The notes under the pieces are model-generated. The model ran no database searches. It saw only the letters and a program-made list of their open reading frames with translations, and was not told the origin of the DNA. From assembly GCA_017601395.1 (NCBI GenBank), contig JAFNIQ010000001.1:16542-80541 (forward strand): a stretch of 64,000 nt of DNA, given 5' to 3'. Shown here one piece after another: positions 25,859 through 35,120 of this stretch. The DNA comes from Candidatus Brockarchaeota archaeon (GTDB lineage: Archaea; Thermoproteota; EX4484-205; JAAOZP01). The first letter of the stretch is position 1. Each line of letters begins with the position of its first letter. Position numbers and translations under genes: made by a program.

Positions 25859-26098
25859 CTAACCGCCTCCTGCTGGAGGGAACACGGCTACTACATCTCC
25901 CTCGTTTAAACAGGTGTTCAAATCCACCGTTCTCCCGTTAACAGCTATAAGGAAGTTCTCCCCAGCCAGGTCAGCATGCCTACCCCTGAGTTTTTCAACG
26001 ATTTTCCCAACGGTTGTCCCCTCGTCAACCTCCAGTGTCTCCTTCTCGCCGATTTTCTCCCTAATCCAAGCGTAATATTTTACTTCGATCCTCATCAT
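25859..26098 (-). CDS. moaD: MoaD/ThiS-type small sulfur-carrier (ubiquitin-like) protein; C-terminus …PPAGGG
   Basis: Length 79 aa, a beta-grasp-like pattern, and a Gly-Gly(-Gly) C-terminus. Immediately upstream of moaE. Confidence 0.65.
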   Translation of the reverse strand: MMRIEVKYYAWIREKIGEKETLEVDEGTTVGKIVEKLRGRHADLAGENFLIAVNGRTVDLNTCLNEGDVVAVFPPAGGG

Positions 26099-26171
26099 TA
26101 TTCCTCCGGCTAACGTAATGATTTAAAGCTGGCTATAAAAGGTTTCTAACAGAAAAGCGTTTAAGCATGCT

Positions 26172-28643
26172 CTAGTAGTGCGATACTGTTATTCTCTTCC
26201 TGAGCTCTGGTTTTGAGAGCGGCCTATCCAGCTTTACCAGAATCCTTTTCTCAACACGCGGGGGAAGGTCGAAGAAGTTATCGCTGAACTCTGCTTTCAC
26301 CCCTCTAATCCTTACTTCGCATGCTTTTACAACATTGTTCGAAACCAGGGTTAGCTCATAGGTTGCACCGTCCTTTCTGCCAAGCTTCATTCTAATTCTA
26401 GGCTTGGGAAGCGTAATATGCTTCACTTTTTCAAGGAATACCACGTCATACCTTGGCTCAGAGTCTTCAGGCTCGAAAACGCATACTAGAAAATTGCTGA
26501 ACCTGTCTTTCACTCTTAACTCGCTTAGGCTTAGCTCCATACAGGGCTTTGAAGAATTCGCCTGTACAACAACCTCCATCTCTACTCCTGCCTTCCTGTT
26601 CCCCTTCAGGTCGAAAGACATGATCCTAAGCCTGCCCTTCACAGGTTTAAGAAGATCATTGCAAACCCAGGCCTCCACCTTATCCTGCTTAACAAGCAGG
26701 CTAACGTTAACGGGGTCGAATGCCCTCTTCACGTAGTAGTATGAAGCCTTAAGGTTACCGTAATAGTCGATCAGGCTCCAGCTGAGCACTGGCCAACAGT
26801 CGTTGAGCTGCCATATCAAAGCTCCCCCCGTCTTAAACTTCCTCCTCCTCCAGTGTTCTACACCCGTCTTCATAGCTTCCCCTTGGTTTATTTGAGTCAA
26901 GTAGACAAACCTGCTCAGGTTTACAGCCAGCTTGAAATGCAACAGAATGAAAAGCCAGAGTCTCTCCTGCCCAAAATGCTGCTTATTATGGAATTCGATG
27001 ACCCTGCTCTGCGGATCCCTGTCCCCGGGAAGAGTGAACCTTCTAATCGTTTCCATCGAGGGTGCCGACTGGAAGCCGAATTCGCTTATGAACCTACCCT
27101 TATCATTAAGGTACTCCGTGTAATCTCTTAGCATAGACCAAACCTCCCAGTTATGCCTGTCTCCCTCGCTTTGCGAATTAGGATCGTCACCCCCATATGG
27201 GCTACTCGGCCAGTAGAAGGTTGCAGGGTCAAGTTTAGAGCAAACCTCTGGAAGTATCTTGTGATAGATCGTCTCGCCATAGAACCTATCCTTCATGCCG
27301 TACCAATGCGCCTTGAACCCCCAGTGATTCTCGTTGTTACCACACCATATTGCTAGGCAAGCGTGATTCCTGAGCCTCCTCACCACTTTCTCAGCCTCCT
27401 TTCTAACTAATTCGAAGAACCATTCTTCCTCAGGGTACTCTGCGCATGCGAACATGAAGTCCTGCCAGACAAGTATCCCCTTCTCGTCGCAAAGCTCGTA
27501 GAAAGCCTCATCCTCATACACACCGCCGCCCCAGACTCTTACCATGTTCATATGCGCCTCCTTCACCCTGCTTAGAAGATAATCGTAAACCTTCCTGCTG
27601 ACCCTAGTTAGGAAGGAGTCTGCAGGAACCCAGTTTACCCCTTTACAGAAAACTGGAACATTGTTAACTCTGAAGAAGAACGTTTTACCCTCTTCATCCT
27701 TCTCCTGAACCACTTCGATCCTTCTTATTCCAACTTTCTTTTTAACCATGTCTAAAACACCCTTCGAGCCCTCAACAACAATCTCCAAGTCGTAAAGGTT
27801 TTGCTCACCATAACCGTTTGGCCACCATAGTTTCGGATTCTGAATGTTAAACTCGATTTTAACATCGTTTAATCCGGGTGAAACATCCACATGTTCCTCC
27901 CTAACCTGTTCTTCGCCGAAACCCTTCACCCGAGTCATCAGCTTCACACCACCCGTTTCGAAGGCCTCTATAGAGACGCTTACACTTATCTTCGAGCTTT
28001 TAAGGTCGCTGCTAAGTTCGCTGGAAAAATGGAAGCTTTCAATCTTACACACATCGTAAGCTTTAAGCTCCACGCTTCGCCAAATCCCTGAGGTTCCCAG
28101 TCTCGGGCCCCAATCCCAGCCGAAGGAGTATTGCGCCTTCCTACCGTAAGCGACTGGGGGATAGAACGCTCCACCCAGCTTAACGCTGCTCTTGTCATAC
28201 ATTTCCTCAAGAACCCTTTTAGGCGAATCAAGCCTAACTACTAGTGTGTTTTTCCCTTCTTTTAAAAGATCTTTAACATTAAACTCATGCTCGTGAAACA
28301 TGTTGGCTGTCCTGCCGACCTCTTTCCCATTGAGCCAGATTGTTGCAAAAGTATCCAAGCCGTGAAACTTGAGCTCAACATGGTCATGGTTGAGAAAGTC
28401 TTTGCCTACGTGAAACTCTTTCATATACCACCAATCCTTATCCTCCACCCAAGCTACCTCAAGCTCGTTCATTCTGAAGAACGGGTCGGGGATCTTTCTA
28501 TTCCTCAAAAGGTCAAGATGGACAACGCCCGGCACGGTTGCCTTCAACCATGGGCCTGAGCTCGGCGGCGTCTTCTCATCTCTCCCGCATTCTTTGAAAA
28601 ACCATTCCCCGTTAAGACTTATGGTTTCCATGAGTTTCCGCAA
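26172..28643 (-). CDS. Glycoside hydrolase family 2 (beta-mannosidase-like)
   Basis: N-terminal GH2 sugar-binding block (WLNGKEVGRTANMFHEHEFNV). The acid/base region …AIWCGNNE… matches the GH2 WxGxNE motif. Length 823 aa, no signal peptide. Confidence 0.75.
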   Translation of the reverse strand: MRKLMETISLNGEWFFKECGRDEKTPPSSGPWLKATVPGVVHLDLLRNRKIPDPFFRMNELEVAWVEDKDWWYMKEFHVGKDFLNHDHVELKFHGLDTFATIWLNGKEVGRTANMFHEHEFNVKDLLKEGKNTLVVRLDSPKRVLEEMYDKSSVKLGGAFYPPVAYGRKAQYSFGWDWGPRLGTSGIWRSVELKAYDVCKIESFHFSSELSSDLKSSKISVSVSIEAFETGGVKLMTRVKGFGEEQVREEHVDVSPGLNDVKIEFNIQNPKLWWPNGYGEQNLYDLEIVVEGSKGVLDMVKKKVGIRRIEVVQEKDEEGKTFFFRVNNVPVFCKGVNWVPADSFLTRVSRKVYDYLLSRVKEAHMNMVRVWGGGVYEDEAFYELCDEKGILVWQDFMFACAEYPEEEWFFELVRKEAEKVVRRLRNHACLAIWCGNNENHWGFKAHWYGMKDRFYGETIYHKILPEVCSKLDPATFYWPSSPYGGDDPNSQSEGDRHNWEVWSMLRDYTEYLNDKGRFISEFGFQSAPSMETIRRFTLPGDRDPQSRVIEFHNKQHFGQERLWLFILLHFKLAVNLSRFVYLTQINQGEAMKTGVEHWRRRKFKTGGALIWQLNDCWPVLSWSLIDYYGNLKASYYYVKRAFDPVNVSLLVKQDKVEAWVCNDLLKPVKGRLRIMSFDLKGNRKAGVEMEVVVQANSSKPCMELSLSELRVKDRFSNFLVCVFEPEDSEPRYDVVFLEKVKHITLPKPRIRMKLGRKDGATYELTLVSNNVVKACEVRIRGVKAEFSDNFFDLPPRVEKRILVKLDRPLSKPELRKRITVSHY

Positions 28644-28779
28644 TATTGTCGCAAATATAAAACTTTATGCCTTTCAGTTTAAGAATCAAATAATGGGTTT
28701 GCAAGCTCTTATCGAACCCTTTTAACTTGAGTCGAAAATCGGCGATTGAGAAAACCATATATACTGCGAACAATGAGGG

Positions 28780-30369
28780 TTGGGAAGCCAACGGGAAAAA
28801 GGGAAATTGTCCAGAGAAGCCTCTTCAAAAAGGCAGGATGGCGGAAAGAAAATAGTGTTAACCGCGTCTGCAGTGGAAATGAGCGATTTCAACCTGAACC
28901 CGTTCATAGCCTTTTCAGCAGGGTTCCCCCTGCCGTTTTCTAAGAGGCTCCTCAGGGAAAGGCTTTATCCTCCGCCACCGTTAAACGATGATGGAACCGT
29001 TAAGCACGCCCCCTACGGCTTGAGAAAAATAGAGTCTCTCCTTATAGACGAGTTTGGCGAGGAGAATGTTGCAACCGTTTACCCAACCATGCTTGAAATG
29101 TTCGTTGGGAAGGAAACAAGGGTTGTAGGGATTTCTTCCATGGATCCGTTGGGGATAGGCTTTGTAAGCAGGACCTACACGAGCCTTATCGGTATAGACG
29201 GTAAGCCCGTCACGAGAGTGGAGTTTGAAACACTTCTTTCCAACCCTGTTTTCAAGAAGTATAGGCCTAAAGTAGTTTTGGGCGGAAGCGGTGCTTGGCA
29301 GGTTGTCAAGACAGGGGTTCAGCAGAAGCTAGGGATAGACAGCGTAGTGATGGGCGAGGCTGAGGAGGATGTTGTAAACCTCTTCAGAAAAGCCTTGAAC
29401 GGTGAAGAGCTTCCGAAGCAGCTGGTGTGTAGCAGGCCTGAGCTTGAAAAAGTTCCGTGCATTAAGAAAGCATCCCTGTTCGGTGTTGTTGAAGTCACGC
29501 GGGGATGCGGAAGAGGATGTCAATTCTGCTCTCCGACGCTTAGACAAAGATACTCCTTTCCTCTGGAACACGTATTGAAAGAAGTTGACATAAACGCTAG
29601 AAGCGGAACCAGGATGATAACTCTTCAGACGGACGATATATTTCTGTATAAGGCGGATTCTAGTTTCACGCCGAACGGGGATGCGGTGTTTGAACTGGTC
29701 GACTCAGTAGCTAAAGTTAAAGGAGTAAAGTATATTCAGGTGGCGCACGCGGCTCTTACGCCCGTAGTCTATGATCATGGGCTTGTTGAAAAAATAGCGC
29801 CCACGCTCGTTGAGAAGTCCAGATGGACTTACTTGAACAATCAGAGGTATGCGACTTTCGAAATAGGTATTGAAACCGGGAGTGTCAGACTGATAGAGAA
29901 ATACATGAGGGGGAAGGTGCTGCCATACACGCCTGAACAGTGGCCGGATATTGTGGTTCAAGCTCTTGGGATACTTAACGACAACCAGATATATCCTTTA
30001 GCAACACTCGTAATGGGTCTTCCCACTGAAAACGAGGAGGACGTTACTGCAACCCTTGAGCTGCTCGACAGGTTGAAGAATAATAGGGTCTTCTTCGTCC
30101 CCCTGCTCTTCACATCTGAGGAGGATTGCATTTTAAACAGGGAGAACCATGCCGACTTGCATAGTTTATCAGAGCTTCACTGGGATGTTTTCTCAACGTG
30201 TTGGAGGCACAACGTGAAAACATGGAGGGGAAACGGCTTTCAACATTTGATCAGAATCGGAGGATTATTCGCCTACTTGGTTTACTACAGGCGGCTGCAC
30301 GGCCCCAAGGTTCTAAAACATATTCTAAAGGTTTCAGGTTGGGGTGAAGAACTGCAAGAGAGGTTCTAA
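28780..30369 (+). CDS. B12-binding-domain radical SAM protein
   Basis: N-terminal Rossmann-like B12-binding region (KKIVLTASAV…) and VTRGCGRGCQFCSP (CxxxCxxC). The exact start is uncertain. Confidence 0.75.
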   Translation: MGSQREKGKLSREASSKRQDGGKKIVLTASAVEMSDFNLNPFIAFSAGFPLPFSKRLLRERLYPPPPLNDDGTVKHAPYGLRKIESLLIDEFGEENVATVYPTMLEMFVGKETRVVGISSMDPLGIGFVSRTYTSLIGIDGKPVTRVEFETLLSNPVFKKYRPKVVLGGSGAWQVVKTGVQQKLGIDSVVMGEAEEDVVNLFRKALNGEELPKQLVCSRPELEKVPCIKKASLFGVVEVTRGCGRGCQFCSPTLRQRYSFPLEHVLKEVDINARSGTRMITLQTDDIFLYKADSSFTPNGDAVFELVDSVAKVKGVKYIQVAHAALTPVVYDHGLVEKIAPTLVEKSRWTYLNNQRYATFEIGIETGSVRLIEKYMRGKVLPYTPEQWPDIVVQALGILNDNQIYPLATLVMGLPTENEEDVTATLELLDRLKNNRVFFVPLLFTSEEDCILNRENHADLHSLSELHWDVFSTCWRHNVKTWRGNGFQHLIRIGGLFAYLVYYRRLHGPKVLKHILKVSGWGEELQERF

Positions 30370-30719
30370 GGGTCTGCAATCATATCTCTAAGCGCTTTAT
30401 CAACTATTCTCGCTATCTCGACTAGCCCAACCAGTATGCAGGGCACTCCCCTGAGCCTAGCCAAGTCAGCCGTCATCTGGTCCTGCGTGATGATTACGAG
30501 GCTGTTTCTAGCCGCGTGTTCAACTATTATCTCGTCCTCCGCTCCCTTTAAACCCACGTCGTCAACCGTCTGAGCGTCCCACCCAAGTGTTTTAAGAAAC
30601 GGCTTTAAACCGGAGTACATTTCGTCCAATAGTATCTTGACGTTTTTCACGAAGAGTATCTTGTTCAGGCTTTTCTTTAATCTTTTCTGTACTAAAGTTG
30701 AAAACAATCTTAAACGCAA
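30366..30719 (-). CDS. Mut7-C/DUF82-like (PIN-like) small protein. The true start is probably internal, at V/M near KILLDEM.
   Basis: KILLDEMYSGLKPFLKTLGWD…DEIIVEHAARNSLVIITQDQ…GVPCIL matches the Mut7-C RNase-domain pattern (LxDxMLGxLxRxLRxLGYD…DxxIL…A…R…LTRD). Confidence 0.5.
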   Translation of the reverse strand: MRLRLFSTLVQKRLKKSLNKILFVKNVKILLDEMYSGLKPFLKTLGWDAQTVDDVGLKGAEDEIIVEHAARNSLVIITQDQMTADLARLRGVPCILVGLVEIARIVDKALRDMIADP

Positions 30720-30745
30720 AAGTCTTATAAAAGAGAGGCTGCATT

Positions 30746-31879
30746 ATGATTCGGCGTCGGATGTGGGTTCTCAGAAGCGATGCGATAACCGTGTGGAACA
30801 ATAAGGATGTTCAGAAAAGGCTCTCATGGTATAGGGCTGTTATGAAAAACCTTAAACCAGCCAAATTCCTAATAGCTAAAAGCATCCCGGCACAGGTCGG
30901 GGTTAAGGATCTAGAGAACATGAAGGAGGAGGAGCTCTGGAGGCTTCATGAAAAGCTTAGTTTAGAGTTCAGGAGAATCCATGAGTCTGTGAAGACAGGT
31001 AAGGCTGGTGAGACCACCCCTACAGAAGTAAGCTTCCTAGATGTAAAGATAATGCTCTCCGAAAGACTCGTTGAACACTGCGAATTTTGCGAGAGAAGAT
31101 GCAGAGTGAACCGGAGGAGGGGGGAGCTGGGGTTCTGCAGAGTAGGGTATGTAAGCAGGGTTTCAACATGGTTCCACCACTTCGGGGAGGAGGGACCGTT
31201 AATAGGCGAGGGAGGCTCCGGAACAATATTCTTCGCAGGCTGCAACTTCGGGCCTTGCGTCTACTGTCAGAACTGGGATATCTCTTCAGACCCTGGGAAC
31301 GGGGGCGAGGTTAATCCGAGAACACTGGCGCTAATCAGCAGGAGGCTTAGCGCTGAGAATGCTGCAAACATAAACTACGTGGGGGGAGACCCGACGCCGA
31401 ATCTCCATACAATACTCTCATCCCTTAAACATTTGGATGTAAACATTCCGCAGCTCTGGAACAGCAACATGTATTGCAGCACTGAGGCTATGAGGCTTCT
31501 CGCTGAAGTCATAGACATATGGCTACCGGACTTCAAGTATGGCAGCGACGATTGCGCCAGAAGGCTTTCAAAGGTGGAAAAATATTTCGAAGTGGTGGCG
31601 AGAAACCACAGGATTGCCTACGAGAACGGCGATATGATAATAAGACACCTGGTTCTTCCTAACCATCTAGAGTGTTGCACCAAGCCTGTTTTAAAATGGA
31701 TATCTGAAAACACTCCTAACGTTCTCGTGAACATAATGGGCCAGTATCATCCGGATTACTTGGTGGCGAGAAACCCTGGAGCGTATCCAGATATCGCTAG
31801 AAGGCCTAGTGCGAGAGAGATGCAGGAAGCCTATGATTACGCGAGAAGGCTTAACATAGTTTTCGAACCCGTGTCCTAG
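30746..31879 (+). CDS. Radical SAM protein of the PflX-like (COG1313, PFL-activating-enzyme-related) family
   Basis: N-terminal CEFCERRCRVNRRRGELGFC Cys cluster. The GSGTIFFAGCNFGPCVYCQNWDIS block shows a Cx4Cx2C spacing. Length 377 aa. Confidence 0.7.
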   Translation: MIRRRMWVLRSDAITVWNNKDVQKRLSWYRAVMKNLKPAKFLIAKSIPAQVGVKDLENMKEEELWRLHEKLSLEFRRIHESVKTGKAGETTPTEVSFLDVKIMLSERLVEHCEFCERRCRVNRRRGELGFCRVGYVSRVSTWFHHFGEEGPLIGEGGSGTIFFAGCNFGPCVYCQNWDISSDPGNGGEVNPRTLALISRRLSAENAANINYVGGDPTPNLHTILSSLKHLDVNIPQLWNSNMYCSTEAMRLLAEVIDIWLPDFKYGSDDCARRLSKVEKYFEVVARNHRIAYENGDMIIRHLVLPNHLECCTKPVLKWISENTPNVLVNIMGQYHPDYLVARNPGAYPDIARRPSAREMQEAYDYARRLNIVFEPVS

Positions 31880-32802
31880 CTAACCCGGTTATCCCAATAT
31901 GGTTTTTTCAACATAATTGCCTCCATAAACCTCCTTTTTAAATCATCATCGCCGCCGCCTGAACGCATCAACCCCACTATGTCTACCAAATTATCGTTTC
32001 TCAACAAGCAGGGCTTCAGCCTCCCGTCGCAAGTAACCCTTAGCTTGTAGCAGTGGGAGCAGAAGTCAGGATTCCCAGTTGGCGAGACTATTTCGACTAG
32101 AACTGTCCTTCCGTTTCTGGGGAGCATGTAGATGGAGCGTTGTCCAGTGTAGTTGACAGTTTTCCCGGCTGATTTTGAGGAGATGGTTTTTTCAACATCC
32201 TTAAGGCTGACGTGAAACTCTTGGAAAACCTTCTCGCCACCCGGAATCGGCTGGAGCTCTATGAGCTGGAGAACAGCCCCAATGGAGCCAGCGTAATCCA
32301 GCATCTCTTCAACATCCTCCTCGTTAACCCCTTTCAGAACAACCATGTTTATCTTAACCGGGTTTAGGCCAGTCTCTAATGCGGCATTTATCCCTTTGAA
32401 AACCCTTGAAACATCCCCACCCCCAGTTATCCGGCTGTACTTTGAAGAATCGAGACTAGGAAGGTTAACGTTAACTCTTGCTAGTCCCGCATCCTTAAGG
32501 TCCCCAGCGTATTCCTCAAGGAGGACACCGTTTGTAACGAGCGAAACCTCGCTGACGAGCGGGGAGATCGCTTTCACCATGTCGACAACGTCTTCTCTAA
32601 CCAATGGTTCCCCACCCGTTATCTTAACAGTTTCAACGCCTGTGCTGCTAGCGACCTCGACGATTTTTCTAACCTCGTTTAGAGTCATGCTTCCCCTAGG
32701 AGGAGGGTTCCATTCCCTGTGGCAGAAGAAGCAATTAAGGTTGCAGTTATCCGTAACAGATATCCTGAGGTTTTTCAAGGGTCTGCCGGCCTGTTGAAAC
32801 AT
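31876..32802 (-). CDS. moaA: GTP 3',8-cyclase MoaA (molybdenum cofactor biosynthesis radical SAM)
   Basis: LRISVTDNCNLNCFFC (CxxxCxxC) near residue 20 and C-terminal auxiliary-cluster Cys (CSHCYKLRVTCDGRLKPC). Length 308 aa. Confidence 0.85.
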   Translation of the reverse strand: MFQQAGRPLKNLRISVTDNCNLNCFFCHREWNPPPRGSMTLNEVRKIVEVASSTGVETVKITGGEPLVREDVVDMVKAISPLVSEVSLVTNGVLLEEYAGDLKDAGLARVNVNLPSLDSSKYSRITGGGDVSRVFKGINAALETGLNPVKINMVVLKGVNEEDVEEMLDYAGSIGAVLQLIELQPIPGGEKVFQEFHVSLKDVEKTISSKSAGKTVNYTGQRSIYMLPRNGRTVLVEIVSPTGNPDFCSHCYKLRVTCDGRLKPCLLRNDNLVDIVGLMRSGGGDDDLKRRFMEAIMLKKPYWDNRVS

Positions 32803-32858
32803 TGCGACAATACTAAAACTCTGTTATAAAAAATTTTACTGGTTGCTATAAATGGTGA

Positions 32859-34964
32859 ATGTTTAAGCTTTACAAAACGCCTCCTGAAAACGTCTTTAGT
32901 TTAAAAAAAGGATGGCCTAAGGATTTTTATACCCTAAAACTTTATAAGTTCGCAATAAGTATTTTATGTGGTGAAAAGAGTTTGAGTGAGACTAAAACGG
33001 TCTCCGTCATAGAAGAGTTAAAAGCAGGTTTTACCGTTAAGGCAATAATCCTTGCAATAGTCTTCGGCATTATAGGACTCTTCGCAAACATAGCTACATG
33101 GTGGGGCCTAGGGATAAGCTTGGAACCTGTTTTTGCAGGTAGGGTAGGGGCGCCAATATACCCCCCATACGGGCTCGTTTTTATACTGGTTCTTGTAAGC
33201 CTATTCATGAAGGCCCTGACAATCCAGGAGATTGCGGTGATCACTACAATAGCGTTCATAACTGCAGACAGCCCGTTCGTCATCGGCGCCTTCTTACAAT
33301 TCATATTTGCAGGAACCTACTTGGTTAAGACCAACCCGAACGTGGAGGCCCTGCTTAAGTATTACCCGCCGCTGTGGACCCCGGGCGACTATGACCTGAT
33401 CGCCCCAGCTTGGGCGGGAGGGGCAGCCGTACCATTGGGCAGGTTGCTCCCCTACCTAGCGTTCTGGATGATAATGATAATCATTTGGTGTCTAATGATG
33501 GTTTTCCAAGCCGCGTTAATCAGGCTGCAGCTGATTAAAAAAGAGAGGCTCCCGTTCCCAATGATGATTCCGATTAACGAGATGCTTTCACAGCATCAGA
33601 AAGGAACCTTTACGCAATACATGAAGAAGCTTCCGTTCATAGCAGGGATAATACTAGGATGCATAATAGGAATACTTGGGGCTTTAAACTATATTATTAA
33701 ATTCACGACAGTGTTCTTCGCATTCGGACAGTTCTACCAGCAATGGTTCGCCGACCTTATGAGCTCGATCTCTCAAAACACGATACAATCCTGGTGGATG
33801 TTCATACCCGCGGATGCTGCAATCATGTACCTTGCCCCCTTAGACATTCTTTCCTCAATAGTCATCTGGCTGTTCATCTTCCAAATTCTGTTCCCACTGG
33901 TCCTCGTCAACACTGGGGTGATAACGCCTAACACGAACCCGGCTGGTACAGGTCCCTTCCCATGGCTAAACTTCAGCTACTACTGGGCCCCGTTGGCGAT
34001 AGGCATCTGGACAATAGTCTTCGGCTACAAGACTTATGCTGAGAGCTTGAAGAAGAAGGAGTTTGCCCCGGGTGAGCTCCCCAATTCAATCGCATGGTAC
34101 GGCTTCGCAGCCACATGGCTTCTCTGGCTAATCCTGTGGGTCATATTCGGAGCAAACGTTCTCCCGTTGCTAGTGGGCTTCATCGTGTGGTTCCTGTATA
34201 CGACGGGTATGGTTGCTGTCTGCGGGGCAACAGGTACCTGGGTAGCTGGAGGAGACGCTGTTCCCGCGAGATTCTTAGCGTGGGGAGTAGGCACTGGAAT
34301 AGGCCTGTTCCCAGCAAGCGGTGCGGCTGCTAAAACTCAATCCGCGTGGGCAACGATGGCCGGCGTCAGCATAACTGCCAGCATGGGTGGAGTGATTCAT
34401 CAGAACACGCATTCCGCTTGGGCCTACACGTCAACCTACACGATGGTTGAACCAGCTAAGGTGAAGGAAACAGACATTCTAAAGTCGCACATCCTAGGAA
34501 TACTTATAACGGTGCTTATCGGTGTTCCAGTTGCCGTCTACATAATCTACGGGACTGGAATAGGCCAGTTGAAGGCCTGGGGCCTCGGCAGCGGTGCAAA
34601 CATCACCGGCTTCCAAGTGCCGTGGGTAGTGGCTGATTCAGCACCGCCTGCGGGCTTCCACTGGTGGATGTTCCCACTGGCTATAGTCGTGGTCGGCATC
34701 TTGTTCTTCCTGAGAGCTAGGTTCGCATGGTTCTTCTTCAGCCCGTATGCGTTATTCTTCTACTCTGGAATGTGGCTGATAAACGCCGGGGTAGCGTGGA
34801 TACTTAAACTCATAACGCTTAAAGTGTTCGGAGCAAAGGCCTACGAAGAGGTTGGAGTACCCGTAGCAATAGGCTTCATGGTTGGCGTCACTCTCATGGC
34901 CACTATAATCATGGGAGTGAACTCTGCTACCGGAGGAATATCCGTAGGACCGACAGGCTATTAG
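32859..34964 (+). CDS. Hypothetical giant polytopic membrane protein (701 aa, more than 14 TM), paralogue A; family not assigned
   Basis: Hydrophobic helices run the full length. It shares an E-R-L-P-F-P…I motif with the 639-aa protein at 39638..41557. Confidence 0.6.
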   Translation: MFKLYKTPPENVFSLKKGWPKDFYTLKLYKFAISILCGEKSLSETKTVSVIEELKAGFTVKAIILAIVFGIIGLFANIATWWGLGISLEPVFAGRVGAPIYPPYGLVFILVLVSLFMKALTIQEIAVITTIAFITADSPFVIGAFLQFIFAGTYLVKTNPNVEALLKYYPPLWTPGDYDLIAPAWAGGAAVPLGRLLPYLAFWMIMIIIWCLMMVFQAALIRLQLIKKERLPFPMMIPINEMLSQHQKGTFTQYMKKLPFIAGIILGCIIGILGALNYIIKFTTVFFAFGQFYQQWFADLMSSISQNTIQSWWMFIPADAAIMYLAPLDILSSIVIWLFIFQILFPLVLVNTGVITPNTNPAGTGPFPWLNFSYYWAPLAIGIWTIVFGYKTYAESLKKKEFAPGELPNSIAWYGFAATWLLWLILWVIFGANVLPLLVGFIVWFLYTTGMVAVCGATGTWVAGGDAVPARFLAWGVGTGIGLFPASGAAAKTQSAWATMAGVSITASMGGVIHQNTHSAWAYTSTYTMVEPAKVKETDILKSHILGILITVLIGVPVAVYIIYGTGIGQLKAWGLGSGANITGFQVPWVVADSAPPAGFHWWMFPLAIVVVGILFFLRARFAWFFFSPYALFFYSGMWLINAGVAWILKLITLKVFGAKAYEEVGVPVAIGFMVGVTLMATIIMGVNSATGGISVGPTGY

Positions 34965-34975
34965 ATCCAAAACCT

Positions 34976-34991
34976 CTTTTTTTGTTTTTTT
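34976..34991 (+). terminator. Oligo-T tract (ctttttttgttttttt) 12 nt after the stop of the 701-aa membrane protein; archaeal-type intrinsic terminator candidate
   Basis: A T-rich run of about 15 nt directly downstream of the TAG at 34962-34964. Confidence 0.4.
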
Positions 34992-35120
34992 GAGCTAAAG
35001 GCTTAGTTGCTTCCATTCGCCTTAAGCCTCCCTATCGACCCTTGAGGGCATGGGCTTTAAAAACATTAGGAGGTTTTAACGACGTAAAGTTTAAATCAAT
35101 CTTGATGGAGTTCCACGTTA

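Noticed and set aside
28746-28943. 65-aa plus-strand ORF overlapping the start of the B12-binding rSAM gene in another frame
   Set aside because: It has a basic low-complexity translation. The overlapping frame encodes the conserved B12-binding N-terminus. It is most likely spurious.
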